A stretch of DNA of 64,000 bases from Nitrospinota bacterium (lineage in GTDB: Bacteria; UBA8248), in contig JAPOYD010000139.1 in NCBI GenBank assembly GCA_026706735.1, positions 16,956 through 80,955 of the forward strand, written 5' to 3'. Under the pieces are notes generated by a model. That model worked only from the letters and a program-made list of their open reading frames with translations. It made no database searches and was not told the DNA's origin. Within the stretch, counting starts at the first letter, position 1, and the number at the start of each line of letters is the position of its first letter. Shown piece after piece: positions 1 to 10,304 of the stretch. The translations under genes and the position numbers were made by a program.

Positions 1-2
1 GC

Positions 3-2033
3 GTGGCGGCGGTGGCCGCCGAAACCCCCGAAGCCGCGCAAGCCGCGCTCGAGAAAATACGTGTCGATTACAAGGTGCTCCCCGCCGTGTTCACGACGGA
101 CGACGCCATGAAAGACGATGCGCCGCTTCTGCACGACTCCCTGGATGATTACGCATCGTTTCCGGGTATCGTCCGCTACGGAAACGTGGCCGCCGATATT
201 CTCATTCGATCCGGCGAACCCATAGAAACCGCGCTCGCGCGCGCGGATTTCGTATTCGAGGACGAATACGAAACGCCCCGCGTTCACCAGAACTACCTCG
301 AACCCCGCGCGATGCTCGCAGAGCCCGGACCCGAGGACAGCACGATAGTCTACTCGCCCACCCAGGCGGCTTTCGTCGTGCGCGCCATCGCCTCGGAAAT
401 ACTCGAACTCCCCATGAACAAGCTGCGCGTCGTGAGCACCCATGTGGGCGGCGCATTTGGCGGCAAATCCCAACATCTGATGGAAGCCCTGGCCGTTTTG
501 TTGAGCAGAAAGTCGAATAGGCCCGTTCAACTGACCCTCAACCGCGAGGAGGAAACCATTACCGGAAACCCGAGGCACGCTTACCGCATGCGCTATCGCA
601 CGGGCGTGACACGGGAGGGGAAAATCATCGCGCGCCACGTGCAAATCACCTCGAACAACGGCGCTTATTGCATGACGGGACCGATGGTGCTGGGGAAATC
701 CTGCTACACCAGCGCGGGGCCATACAAAATCCCGAACGTCAGGGTGGATGGGCTGCTCGTATACACGAACCTTCCGCCCAGCGGCTCCTACCGGGGATTG
801 GGCGTGGCGCAGGTCGCTTTCGCCTGTGAGCGTCATACCGACCGCATCGCTTCGGAACTGGAAGTGGACCCGCTCGCCTTTCGAATCCTCAACGGAATGG
901 ATGAAAACGACGAGGACCCCGCGGGCACGATTCTGCAGAGCGTAAGCATCAAGGAAACGCTTGAGCGCGCGGGCAAGCAGGCGGGCTGGGGAAAGCAGAA
1001 AAAGGAAAACCAGAATGGCAGAATCAGACGCGGGATGGGCATCGGCTGCGCTCGCTATCCCACGGGCGGGGGAGCGTCGGGCGCCGTCGTGAAGGTGAAC
1101 GAGGACGGGGGCCTGGCCGTGCTGGCCGGATGCGCCGATCTCGGTACGGGCGCGGCTACCGTGATGGCGCAGGTGGCGGCGGAAGTTCTTGGGGCCGAAG
1201 TCCAAAAGGTGAGCATCCGCATCGCCGACACCGAAACCACGCCCTTCGACGCCATCTCCGCGGGCAGCCGGACCACGTTCAACATGGCGCACGCGGTCCG
1301 CATGGCGGCGGAAGACGCCCGCGAGCAAATGCTTCGACAGGCGGCGCGCATGCTTGAATCTTCTCCGGAGGATCTGGATATCGGCGAGGAAAACATATTC
1401 GTTCGCGCGGCGCCCTCGCGCGCCATCGCGTTCGCCGAAGTGGCGTATGCGGCCGTATGGAAAGGCGACGGCCCCGTAACCGGGCGCGGCTCCTACCGCG
1501 GGGAGAATCCGCCCCATCGCACGGACAACGTGCGCGGCCATCCGGAACCCTCGAGGCCCGGGCCCGAATTCGCCACCCAAATCGCCGAGGTCGAAGTCGA
1601 CACCGAAACAGGAGAAACCAGAGTCTTGAGAATCACCAGCGCGCAGGATGTGGGTTTCGCCATGAACCCCCTCACCCTGAACGGACAGATAGAGGGCGGC
1701 ATCGCACAGGGGCTGGGCTGGGCGCTTGCCGAGCAAATCCACCACGAAGAGGGCCTCATCGCCCACGCGGATTTCGAGAGTCAACTCAACCCCACCAGTC
1801 TGGACGTCTCGGAAATTACAAGCGTAATCGTGGAATCGCCCGACGTGGAAGGCCCCTACGGGGCCAAGGGGGCGGGCGAGATGCCGCTCATACCGGCGGC
1901 ACCCGCGATTGCGAACGCCATCGCCGACGCCATCGGGGACCCGGCCAACCCGAACCTCAACAGGCTGCCGATTGCGCCGGAGGACGTCGTTCGCGCGGTT
2001 CAAGAAAAAAGCGCCGCCGAACCGGTTTCCTAG
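3..2033 (+). CDS. xanthine dehydrogenase/aldehyde oxidase family molybdopterin-binding large subunit (5' end outside window)
   Basis: ORF open to window start. Mo-hydroxylase large-subunit blocks visible (HVGGAFGGK, IRIADTETTP, GPYGAKGAGE). Reads as CoxL/XdhA-like. Confidence 0.8.
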   Translation: MAAVAAETPEAAQAALEKIRVDYKVLPAVFTTDDAMKDDAPLLHDSLDDYASFPGIVRYGNVAADILIRSGEPIETALARADFVFEDEYETPRVHQNYLEPRAMLAEPGPEDSTIVYSPTQAAFVVRAIASEILELPMNKLRVVSTHVGGAFGGKSQHLMEALAVLLSRKSNRPVQLTLNREEETITGNPRHAYRMRYRTGVTREGKIIARHVQITSNNGAYCMTGPMVLGKSCYTSAGPYKIPNVRVDGLLVYTNLPPSGSYRGLGVAQVAFACERHTDRIASELEVDPLAFRILNGMDENDEDPAGTILQSVSIKETLERAGKQAGWGKQKKENQNGRIRRGMGIGCARYPTGGGASGAVVKVNEDGGLAVLAGCADLGTGAATVMAQVAAEVLGAEVQKVSIRIADTETTPFDAISAGSRTTFNMAHAVRMAAEDAREQMLRQAARMLESSPEDLDIGEENIFVRAAPSRAIAFAEVAYAAVWKGDGPVTGRGSYRGENPPHRTDNVRGHPEPSRPGPEFATQIAEVEVDTETGETRVLRITSAQDVGFAMNPLTLNGQIEGGIAQGLGWALAEQIHHEEGLIAHADFESQLNPTSLDVSEITSVIVESPDVEGPYGAKGAGEMPLIPAAPAIANAIADAIGDPANPNLNRLPIAPEDVVRAVQEKSAAEPVS

Positions 2034-3430
2034 TTTTTCAGTTCGAACCTCTCATCATAAATGTCGAAATTCGATGACGCCGCCATGTCTCGGGCCTGCG
2101 TGATGAGCTCCCGCGACAGGTTCGAGATGGCAGGATTTTTGAGAAATTCGACGAAGAAATGGTGATAAAACGCATCGGGCCGCACGTGAACGCGCACCCT
2201 GAGCCTCGCCGCATCCTCTCTTCGTCCCCTCCTGTACCGAAACGTGATGGATTTTTGGGGAGGAATGCGCGTGTCATGGATTTCACGGCTGAAATCGGAC
2301 GAGAGTTTCCGCTCTATCACGTTGATCTGCCTTGAACCCGGTATGGTTCGCCCGTATTTATCCTCAAGTTCGGTGATCACGTCCACCGAGGGCGTGATGT
2401 AGGTAGGAAAATAGTGGCCCGCTCCTGAATTCGTGAGCTCAACCTCGGCCGTCACGATTTCGCCGGACGCTTCCGCTCCCACCCTGACGTCTATCTGCAC
2501 GGCGCCCAGGGTCATTTCCTTGTCATGTATGCCCCGCCACAAATGCGCCCGGTCGGGCATGTGGCAGCTCTGGCAGGCGACCCCCTCCTTGCCCCAAAGG
2601 GAGTTTTTCCACTCGCTGTAGGTATTCTGAATCGATTTCCCGTTCGGCCCGGGAAACGCGTGCTGGTGACAACCCATGCAAAATTCAGAGCGGCTGAAAA
2701 AAAGCGTGCGCTCCACACCGGCATGCGGGCCATTACTTGTCGTATCGTCTGCGCCTTCGGGGGTTTCTTTCTTACGGGGACCATGCACCCGCCAGTTGCG
2801 CACATGACACGAGGCGCAGGCCAGCCCGTGCATCTCCAGTTTCGGGTCGTGGGCCGGGTTTTTCCGCCAGTTCGCCGTAGTACCCGCGCCAATCTTCGCG
2901 CGCTTTTGCTGTTCCGCCAAGGGCGCATGGCACTCGTTGCAGCTTTGCGCATTCGCGGGATTCGTTTTCCACATATCGACGAGCTGTCCGTATATGCCCG
3001 GACCCATCGCCCTGGCGTGAAGCGTGGCCTTCCACTGTTCGTGCTGCTCGGGATGACAACTCCCGCAACGCTCCGGCGAAAGGGAGCGTTCAGCGCCTTT
3101 GTATGATTTCGGCGCCTCGCCCATGGGAGGCAATGGATAGCGAAAGTACTCGTCCACGAAATCCTGCCAACGCTTCCATTTGCCGGGAATCCCTTTCTTC
3201 TCGGCAGCCTCGATGGGGGGAAAGAAACCTTTTGATGTCTTCCGGGAAAACGCCGGGAGAGTGAGAAAGAATATGGAAACGATACAGATCCCGAGTTTCA
3301 AGCGCATTCCATGCTTCCTGTTCCGGCGGCCCGTCTGCTTGACCAGTTTGATTTCACCTAACGACACTCGTGCAGACAAGTTCCTGAAAAAATCCGAGAA
3401 ATCGTAGTGCTGCTCCACGCCCGAATCCAT
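2030..3430 (-). CDS. multihaem c-type cytochrome (5 CXXCH motifs) with N-terminal signal/TM; true start probably the internal Met at ~3307
   Basis: Five CXXCH haem-binding motifs: CGSCH, CNECH, CASCH, CMGCH, CQSCH. Hydrophobic segment LGICIVSIFFLTLPAF follows Met-42. Confidence 0.7.
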   Translation of the reverse strand: MDSGVEQHYDFSDFFRNLSARVSLGEIKLVKQTGRRNRKHGMRLKLGICIVSIFFLTLPAFSRKTSKGFFPPIEAAEKKGIPGKWKRWQDFVDEYFRYPLPPMGEAPKSYKGAERSLSPERCGSCHPEQHEQWKATLHARAMGPGIYGQLVDMWKTNPANAQSCNECHAPLAEQQKRAKIGAGTTANWRKNPAHDPKLEMHGLACASCHVRNWRVHGPRKKETPEGADDTTSNGPHAGVERTLFFSRSEFCMGCHQHAFPGPNGKSIQNTYSEWKNSLWGKEGVACQSCHMPDRAHLWRGIHDKEMTLGAVQIDVRVGAEASGEIVTAEVELTNSGAGHYFPTYITPSVDVITELEDKYGRTIPGSRQINVIERKLSSDFSREIHDTRIPPQKSITFRYRRGRREDAARLRVRVHVRPDAFYHHFFVEFLKNPAISNLSRELITQARDMAASSNFDIYDERFELKN

Positions 3431-3593
3431 TGTGGGCTTAAAGCCCTTTTTTTCTCAACAGGCGCGTTGCCGCAAAAAGTTCATGGCTGAAATCTCGGGA
3501 AATGATATCACCCGGTACAGGTTTTACTTGCCTCATCGAATTGGATAGGGTCTGTCAGAACATTCGAACCAGACCCGACAATTCGGAGGCACG

Positions 3594-4046
3594 ATGAATT
3601 TCACCATACGCCCCGCCACCACCGGGGACACGGAAACGATCGTCCGGTTCAACATCGAGATGGCCCTGGAGAGTGAAAGCCTGAGCCTGGAGCCCGAGAA
3701 AGTCCGCCGGGGCGTGGAAAAATCCCTATCCGATCCATCGGTGGGACGATATTACCTCGCGCACCGGGGCGATGAGATTCTGGGGCAAATCCGGGTCACC
3801 CTCGAATGGAGCGACTGGAACAACGCCCAATACTGGTGGATTCAGAACGTATATGTCGTTCCATCCGAGAGAAAACAGGGCATCTACAGGGCCTTGCACC
3901 ATCACGTCAAAAATCTCGCCGAAGGAGCCGGCGCCTGCGGCCTGCAGCTATACGTCGACGCGCAAAACGCGGCGGCCCAGGCGGTTTACAAGAACCTGGA
4001 CATGGAGCAAAGCCATTATCTGATATTCGAGCAAATGGAGGACTAA
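3594..4046 (+). CDS. GNAT family N-acetyltransferase
   Basis: 150 aa; acetyltransferase-like blocks (RGDEILGQIRV ... QNVYVVPSERKQGIYRAL). Upstream ggaggcacgATG RBS. Confidence 0.7.
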   Translation: MNFTIRPATTGDTETIVRFNIEMALESESLSLEPEKVRRGVEKSLSDPSVGRYYLAHRGDEILGQIRVTLEWSDWNNAQYWWIQNVYVVPSERKQGIYRALHHHVKNLAEGAGACGLQLYVDAQNAAAQAVYKNLDMEQSHYLIFEQMED

Positions 4047-4087
4047 CCGGAAAGGCGAAAAATCGCTCCTTCAATCATACCCGGGAA

Positions 4088-4567
4088 TCAACGGCTCTCC
4101 CGGTTTCTCTTGAGCGGGATGACATCCGCGGGTTTTTGCGAATCCTCCCGGCGGCGGCCCCGCCAGGAGGAAGGCCAAACATAGCGTACGCGCCACAGGG
4201 TTCTGGCCGCTCCTCCCACCGCCCACGCGAGCGTGCTGCCCGCGTCTCGCGTTCTTTTTCCCAGCGAGCGAAACACTTTCTTGCCGCCTTCCTCGCCGAT
4301 GGAGACGAGGCGCGAGGTCGCCTCTTTCGCCGCGCCGATCGGTCGGAGGGCCTGCGCGATCGCCTGGCGCAAAACCCATTTCAGCATCAGGCAAAACACG
4401 ATCGACAGAGCGAAAAAGACGCCCAGCACCTTGAGGCCGCGAGCGGGCTCATCCACTATCATCACGCTCGTCTGGGCGATCCCGTAAAACGCCAGGGCAA
4501 GGATCCCCAGACAGACGGCCACGGCGCCTCCCGAACGGACTATCAACCGCATCAAGCCGAACATCAC
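4088..4567 (-). CDS. hypothetical small membrane protein
   Basis: Two predicted TM helices at the N-terminus, basic C-terminus; no recognisable family. Confidence 0.3.
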   Translation of the reverse strand: MMFGLMRLIVRSGGAVAVCLGILALAFYGIAQTSVMIVDEPARGLKVLGVFFALSIVFCLMLKWVLRQAIAQALRPIGAAKEATSRLVSIGEEGGKKVFRSLGKRTRDAGSTLAWAVGGAARTLWRVRYVWPSSWRGRRREDSQKPADVIPLKRNRESR

Positions 4568-4744
4568 CCTCTCCCAAAAGCCGCCGAAATCAGGGAACGC
4601 ATCTGATTCATCGAGAATACCGCAATTGCGAAACCAAAATCCAGCGCGGGCGTTTCATCTCCTGGGAGATGTTTCCGTTGACGCGCGCAACCTCTCGTTT
4701 TATGTTCACTACCCCGTAAGGAAACATCATGGAGGAGCAGCAAA

Positions 4745-6028
4745 TTGTTCGATATTCGCCTCATCAGAGACGACCCCGAAGCGGTGGCGCGCGCGCTCGC
4801 GCGCAGGGGCGGCGACTGGAACCTCGCCGGAATACTGGAAATCGACGCCCGAAGGCGGGATTTGACCCACCAGGTCGAAAGCCGGGTGGCCGACGTGAGA
4901 AAACGCAGCAAGAAAATCGGTGAACTCAAGCGCAACAGGGCGTCCGATGAGGAGGTGCAGGCGTTTCTGGCCGAAAACCAGCGCTTGACAGCCGAGGCCA
5001 AATCCATGGAGGGAGAGCTGGCCGAACTCGTGCAAAACCAAAACGATTTCCTGCTGGAACTCCCCAACACGCCGCATGAGACCACCCCTGACGGCCAGAG
5101 TGCGGAAGACAACGCCCTGGTGAGGGTCTGGGGCGAGAAACCGGTTTTTGATTTCGCGCCCAAAGCGCACGACGAACTGGGCGAAGCACTGGGGATTCTG
5201 GACATGAAGCGCGCCGTCAAGATAGCGGGCGCGCGGTTTGCGCTCTACCGGGGGGCTGGCGCGCGCTTGGAACGCGCCCTCATCAACTACATGCTCGATC
5301 TGCATACGAACGAGCACGACTACACCGAGTGGCTCCCGCCATTCATGGTGAACCCCGAGGCCATGACGGGCACGGGTCAGCTGCCCAAATTCGAGGAAGA
5401 CCTCTTCCGCGTCGATGACGGAAAATTCTACCTCATCCCCACCGCCGAGGTGCCCGTAACGAACATCCACCGTGAGGAAATACTGAGTGGCGAGGATTTG
5501 CCTCTCAAATACACGGCCTATACGCCCTGTTTCAGGAGCGAGGCCGGCTCTTATGGCCAGGACACGCGCGGCCTCATCCGCCAGCACCAGTTCAACAAGG
5601 TCGAACTCGTCAAGTTCAGCCGGCCCGGGACGAGCTACGAGGAATTGGAGACCCTCACCACAGACGCGGAAGAAGTCCTGAAGCGCCTGGGACTCCACTA
5701 CCGCGTCGTCACACTGTGCGCGGGAGACCTGGGTTTTTCCGCCGCCAAGACGTACGACATCGAAGTCTGGGTGCCCTCTCAGAACACCTACCGGGAGATT
5801 TCCTCCTGCAGCAATTTCGAGGATTTCCAGGCCAGACGCGCCGACATCCGCTACCGTCCCGGGGCGGGCGCGAAGCCCGAATTCGTCCACACCCTGAACG
5901 GCTCGGGTCTCGCCGTGGGCCGTACGCTGGTGGCGATTCTGGAGAATTTTCAGCGCGCGGACGGTTCGGTGGTGATACCCGAAGCCTTGCGCCCCTACAT
6001 GGGCGGAACCGCTTCAATATCTGCCTGA
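4745..6028 (+). CDS. serS: serine--tRNA ligase
   Basis: 427 aa. N-terminal [12 protein letters not shown] coiled-coil arm; class II aaRS motifs ([31 protein letters not shown]). Confidence 0.95.
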   Translation: MFDIRLIRDDPEAVARALARRGGDWNLAGILEIDARRRDLTHQVESRVADVRKRSKKIGELKRNRASDEEVQAFLAENQRLTAEAKSMEGELAELVQNQNDFLLELPNTPHETTPDGQSAEDNALVRVWGEKPVFDFAPKAHDELGEALGILDMKRAVKIAGARFALYRGAGARLERALINYMLDLHTNEHDYTEWLPPFMVNPEAMTGTGQLPKFEEDLFRVDDGKFYLIPTAEVPVTNIHREEILSGEDLPLKYTAYTPCFRSEAGSYGQDTRGLIRQHQFNKVELVKFSRPGTSYEELETLTTDAEEVLKRLGLHYRVVTLCAGDLGFSAAKTYDIEVWVPSQNTYREISSCSNFEDFQARRADIRYRPGAGAKPEFVHTLNGSGLAVGRTLVAILENFQRADGSVVIPEALRPYMGGTASISA

Positions 6029-6631
6029 GACCTACATAACTTCCTGAAAACCAACGATATAAATTTCAGACCTGTCCCGACCCCCGTCATCGCTCCGCCG
6101 CTCCCGCCCGGGGATTCCCGAGGGGCGCCCGGAGCGGAAACCTTTACAGAATCTTTATCCACCACCGCCGCTTTCGCTGATACCATTCAATTCGCTTGAT
6201 CAGCCTCGACGGGCGTTTGGAGAGGCAAAGGGTGAATCCGGCGGGGGACGCCTGACCGCTTCGCGCCAAGGCGCAGAGGCGGCGGCGGGCCGGATACGCC
6301 GCGCGGGGTTTGCCGGCCCCGCACACGGTTCTTCCCGCCCTGGAGACGGGAGCGCCATCCCGTCGCGCGGATGCGCACCCGAAACCCGGCCGCTTGTCCG
6401 CCTTTTGGCTCGGGCGGCTCCGGTCGATTCCTCCGGAAGCGGAAAGCCCGAACGCGGGGTCTCCCCGCGCGGCCCATCGCACGCCCCCGAACGCGGCAAT
6501 CGCTCACTCCTGAATCGCGATTGACCCCGACGCGGCCCTCGGAAAGCCTCGAACGCGGCAATCGCTCGCTCATCGGGGTTGTTGAAAAAGCCCCCGATAG
6601 GGGTTGTTGCCCCCCATCGAGAGTGTTCACT

Positions 6632-6657
6632 GTCATTCCGGCGAAAGCCGGAATGAC
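6632..6657. repeat. 26-nt perfect hairpin gtcattccggc-gaaa-gccggaatgac; member of the ggaatgacg repeat module family
   Basis: Self-complementary. The same arms form the terminal inverted repeats of the element at 29362-29491; partial copy at 31771-31793. Confidence 0.7.
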
Positions 6658-6696
6658 GATCAAAACCCCGTCCCGCACGTCCTCCTCCTGCCTTAA

Positions 6697-6811
6697 AAAC
6701 CACCCCCCCTACCCCCCCTTGACAGGGGGGCAAGAAAAAGCAAAACCCCCTCCGCCCGGCGGGGCGCATCGCCTTTTTATACCCCCCTGTCAAGGGGGGG
6801 TAGGGGGGGTT
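6697..6811. repeat. ~115-bp G/C-tract palindromic intergenic element, copy 1
   Basis: Arms ccccctacccccccttgacagggggg and cccccctgtcaaggggggtaggggg are reverse complements. Near-identical copy at 31650-31762 and a half copy at 26385-26420. Confidence 0.8.
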
Positions 6812-7262
6812 GCCTTTCCGGTCGAGGGGCGTCCCCTCTACCTCCCTCAAGAGACCTTTTTCAACAGCTCCTCATCACTCGCGTTTGACCCCCTGAGTAA
6901 CCCGCCGCTCCGCTTCACCCTGAGTAGCGGCGAAGCCGCGTATCGAAGGGCGAAGCTCGCGGAGAAGCGCCTCCCATCCTTCGATACGCCGCCTTCGGCG
7001 GCTACTCAGGATGAGGTCGATACGGTGGCCATACAAGACGAACTACAAACGCGCTCGCTCCCAAGCCCGGCTTTTTCAACAACCCCTCCTCGCTCGGCTT
7101 CGACCCCTTGCGGCCCTTGGCTAGCTTTGAACGCGGCAATCGCTCCCTTCCCGGCCGCGATTGATCTTAAAACCCGCTCCAAGGCATGCTAAAATGAAGC
7201 GAGGGTTCTCCCCGCTTGCCGGATCAACCCCGACCGGGGAGAGAGGGCTTGCGTTATTCGCG

Positions 7263-7348
7263 GAGGGATGGCCGAGCGGCCGAAGGCGGTGGTCTTGAAA
7301 ACCACTGAGCGAAAGCTCCGGGGGTTCGAATCCCTCTCCCTCCGCCAA
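7263..7348 (+). tRNA. tRNA-Ser (anticodon TGA), class II with long variable arm, CCA encoded
   Basis: Cloverleaf folds by eye: acceptor ggaggga/tccctcc, anticodon loop cuUGAaa, long variable arm, T-loop ttcgaat, discriminator g + cca. Confidence 0.9.
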
Positions 7349-7586
7349 TTTCATACGGGCAGACACGGTGAAATACCTGATTCTCCCGTAGCCATTCCAT
7401 GCAGAAAGCGCTGGCCGAATATTGAATTTTCCTGCTGCCTTTTCATGGTCTACGCCGGGACACGGGGCGCACGGCGCCGCGATGTAACGCTATACTTGTC
7501 CGGGATATTCCTGCAGAATAGCATCATGGCATGCAGTCCACCGGAACGACGACCGATGGGAGCGGTCGAGTGGACCGGATACCGGC

Positions 7587-10028
7587 ATGGTGACCGCAGG
7601 GCGGGGAAAGACCCGTAACGGGGCCGGGATGAGCGGCTGGCTGAAGGGCGGGCGCGGTGCCTGCGCTGCGTTCACGCTGAACCGGACCTCGGTTTGCGCC
7701 ATCCTTCTTTTCGCGATGCTCGTCCTCACGAACTGCGGCGGTGGGGGCGGAGGTTCGAGGGTGATACCCGCGGTGATGCCCGAAACCGAGCAGCCGCAAC
7801 AACCCCCGCAAGAGCCTGTACAGCCACCGCAGCCGCCGCAACCCCAGCAGCCGCAGCCAGAATGCATTCCGCTTTACGACGGGACCTGCTCGTCGATCAG
7901 CGATTTCAACAGCCGGGCGGGGCGGCTCGCCGGGGAATACCGCCTCGAGACACCCTTCCGGAACCAGTGGGGCCTGGAAGTCGTCGGCGCGGACCGGGCT
8001 TACGCCCACGTCAACCTGCTCAAGGGCGAAAGCGCCGGCGCGGGCGCCGGCGTGACCATCGGCTTCATCGACTCGGGCATCGACACCACACACGGGATGT
8101 TCGCGGGAAAAACGGTGCACGAGGTGTTCCTGGGAGGCACCCCGAATGAGAGGGGCACGACGTTTTCTCACGGCACGGCCGTCGCGAGCGTCGCCGCCGG
8201 AAATCGAACGTACAATAACCCCGCAGCGCCGCAAGGCGTCGCCTGGGACGCCGACATCGCCATGTTCGCCATTCCCGTAGGAATCCCGGACGACACCTAC
8301 AACCCCGTCTCTCTCGCGGACTCGGCAGGCGTAAACACCTCGTGGGCGTCGCGGTTCAACCGGATCCTGGCGTGGCGGAACGGCCGGAAGCGCGTGGACA
8401 TCCTGAACCTGAGCATCGGCTACGAAGGCATCATCGACGACTACGGCGAAACCGATCTCCGCGCCAGCTTTGCGGACGCCATCGCCGCGATGGCGCAGGC
8501 GGGAGCCGCCGGGAAGGCGATTTTCGTCTGGGCGGCCGGCAACGCCCACGGAAGGCAGTGCGACCCGAGCGTCATGACGAGCAACTGCGTCGGGGGCGGG
8601 GCGGATCCCCTTTCTACCGGCACCGTCGACGCGGTTTCGGTCGATGTGTTCCCGGGCCTCGCCGTGCGCATCGCGGAGCTCCGGGGACATACGGTCGCCG
8701 TCGTGGCGCTGGGGCGGGACAGGAGGATCGCGGATTTTTCCAATCGCTGCGGCATCGCGGCGGACTATTGCATCGCGGCGCCCGGAGGAGACGTCAAGGT
8801 CGCCTATTTCGGACCCCATCCCGACACATCCAGGCCTATCCGGGGCATCGGGAGGAGCAGCGGAACGTCCGTCGCCGCGCCGATGGTGGCCGGCGGTCTC
8901 GCGATCATGAAACAACTCTTCCGGGATCAGCTCTCGAACACGGAGCTGGTCACCCGCCTCCTCGAAACCGCCGACAACACCGGCGCCTACTCGAACAGGG
9001 CCGTGTACGGTCGGGGCAAGCTCGACCTCGCCGCCGCCACGCACCCCGTGGGCGCCCTGGAGGTTCCCGTCGCCGCGAACACGAACGGGAGCGGGAGCAA
9101 CCTGCGCGCCACGCGCCTGAGCCTCGGGGCGCCGTTCGGGAGCGGCCTCGCGCGGTCGGTCGCGAACATCGAGATCATGGCCCTGGACGATCTGGGTGCG
9201 CCGTTCTGGTACAGGCTGGGCGATTTCGTGACGGCGGCGAACGGCCCGCCGATGGACGCGAGGGTCCGGGGCTTTCTGGCGGGCGGGACGCGCGAGGCTC
9301 CCGAATGGCGGGGGGTCAGCGCGCAGAAGACCTCGACGGAAACCGGCGGCGGGCACCTCTCGCTCGCCGAGGGGGGGATGATGACGACCCTCAAGGGCCG
9401 GGCCGGTCTTTCCGCCTCGGTGTTCGGGACGAACCGGGAACACGACGCGGTGGGCGCGACGCTGGGCTGGCGGCCGGAAGGCTCGCCGCTCGGCCTCCGT
9501 CTCGGGTGGATCACCGAGGATGAAACGATTCTCGGAGGCGAAGGGCAAGGCGCTTTCGGAGCCCTGGCCGCGGACACCGCCTTCATCCGTCTCGAGGGAG
9601 ATGTAAAACTCGGCGCGTGGCGCCTCGGAGGGGGCGCGGAATGGGGGAGCGTGCGCACGCGAGCACAGGGAGGACTCATCGAGGAGATCTCGACGATCTC
9701 GACCAGCGCGTTCGCGCTGCACGCGCGCGCTGCCGTTACCGCTGAGGACACCGTGCGATTTTCCCTCTCACAGCCCCTGCGCGTCGAGGACGGCCGTGCG
9801 TCGCTGACGGTGCCCGCGGCGCGAACCAAACTCGGGCGGGTGGTGCATACGTCAATGACGTCGCCCCTCGCGCCCGATGAGCGGCAGATAGACTTGGCCG
9901 CCACCTGGGAGAGGCCGCTGGCGGAGGGGCGGCTGCGCATCGGCGTCGTCTGGAGCCGGAACCCCGGCCATCGGGGGGACGCCGTAGCGCAACTCACGTT
10001 CCTCGCCGGCTGGCGGCGGGCGTTCTGA
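7587..10028 (+). CDS. S8 family (subtilisin-like) serine peptidase, lipoprotein with PQ-rich linker and large C-terminal beta-rich domain; start uncertain
   Basis: Asp/His/Ser catalytic blocks (GFIDSGID, HGTAVASVAAG, GTSVAAPMVAGG). Lipobox LTNCGGGG followed by a (PQ)n linker. Confidence 0.85.
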   Translation: MVTAGRGKTRNGAGMSGWLKGGRGACAAFTLNRTSVCAILLFAMLVLTNCGGGGGGSRVIPAVMPETEQPQQPPQEPVQPPQPPQPQQPQPECIPLYDGTCSSISDFNSRAGRLAGEYRLETPFRNQWGLEVVGADRAYAHVNLLKGESAGAGAGVTIGFIDSGIDTTHGMFAGKTVHEVFLGGTPNERGTTFSHGTAVASVAAGNRTYNNPAAPQGVAWDADIAMFAIPVGIPDDTYNPVSLADSAGVNTSWASRFNRILAWRNGRKRVDILNLSIGYEGIIDDYGETDLRASFADAIAAMAQAGAAGKAIFVWAAGNAHGRQCDPSVMTSNCVGGGADPLSTGTVDAVSVDVFPGLAVRIAELRGHTVAVVALGRDRRIADFSNRCGIAADYCIAAPGGDVKVAYFGPHPDTSRPIRGIGRSSGTSVAAPMVAGGLAIMKQLFRDQLSNTELVTRLLETADNTGAYSNRAVYGRGKLDLAAATHPVGALEVPVAANTNGSGSNLRATRLSLGAPFGSGLARSVANIEIMALDDLGAPFWYRLGDFVTAANGPPMDARVRGFLAGGTREAPEWRGVSAQKTSTETGGGHLSLAEGGMMTTLKGRAGLSASVFGTNREHDAVGATLGWRPEGSPLGLRLGWITEDETILGGEGQGAFGALAADTAFIRLEGDVKLGAWRLGGGAEWGSVRTRAQGGLIEEISTISTSAFALHARAAVTAEDTVRFSLSQPLRVEDGRASLTVPAARTKLGRVVHTSMTSPLAPDERQIDLAATWERPLAEGRLRIGVVWSRNPGHRGDAVAQLTFLAGWRRAF

Positions 10029-10212
10029 GCGGAGTCATCTATCAGAAAATCGTCGAAAAAAGCAGATACACAAGTGAAGAGGTTTCGCCCCGTTCAAATC
10101 CTTGCGCGGCGCGGCGAATCTTTCTCGAATCATCGCGCCGGCCGGGCGATGATTTCACGCATAGAAGTATAGCCACCGCCCCATCTTGTGATATAGAATG
10201 GCGGCCCCTCGC

Positions 10213-10304
10213 GGAGAGATGGCCGAGTGGCTGAAGGCGCTCGCCTGCTAAGCGAGTAGGCTGGGAAACCGGCCTCGAGGGTTCGAATCCCTCTCTCTCC
10301 GCCA
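10213..10304 (+). tRNA. tRNA-Ser (anticodon GCT), class II, CCA encoded
   Basis: Acceptor ggagaga/tctctcc, anticodon loop cuGCUaa, long variable arm, T-loop ttcgaat, g + cca. Confidence 0.9.

Noticed and set aside
6711-6790. ttgaca ... tataca-like hexamers inside the palindromic element as a functional promoter
   Set aside because: Could be coincidental in a palindrome built from ccccc-ttgaca-ggggg arms. The orientation is symmetric and no gene follows in the right position.
6371-7192. 273-aa ORF across the serS-tRNA spacer
   Set aside because: Translation is P/R/S-rich with no domain character, and the region is composed of palindromic repeat modules.
6690-7260. Possible CRISPR array among the intergenic repeats
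   Set aside because: The repeats are heterogeneous palindromic modules without regular repeat-spacer periodicity, and no cas genes are present.
6030-7262. T-box or other leader regulating serS/tRNA
   Set aside because: The region is downstream of serS, not upstream. No T-box specifier/antiterminator pattern is seen, and the repeats are explained by REP/MITE-like modules.
7524-9722. 732-aa ORF on the minus strand, and the Cys/Gly-rich ORF 7490..7867
   Set aside because: Antisense to the S8 peptidase gene. The Cys-Gly run is simply the reverse complement of the CAG/CCG-rich PQ linker codons.
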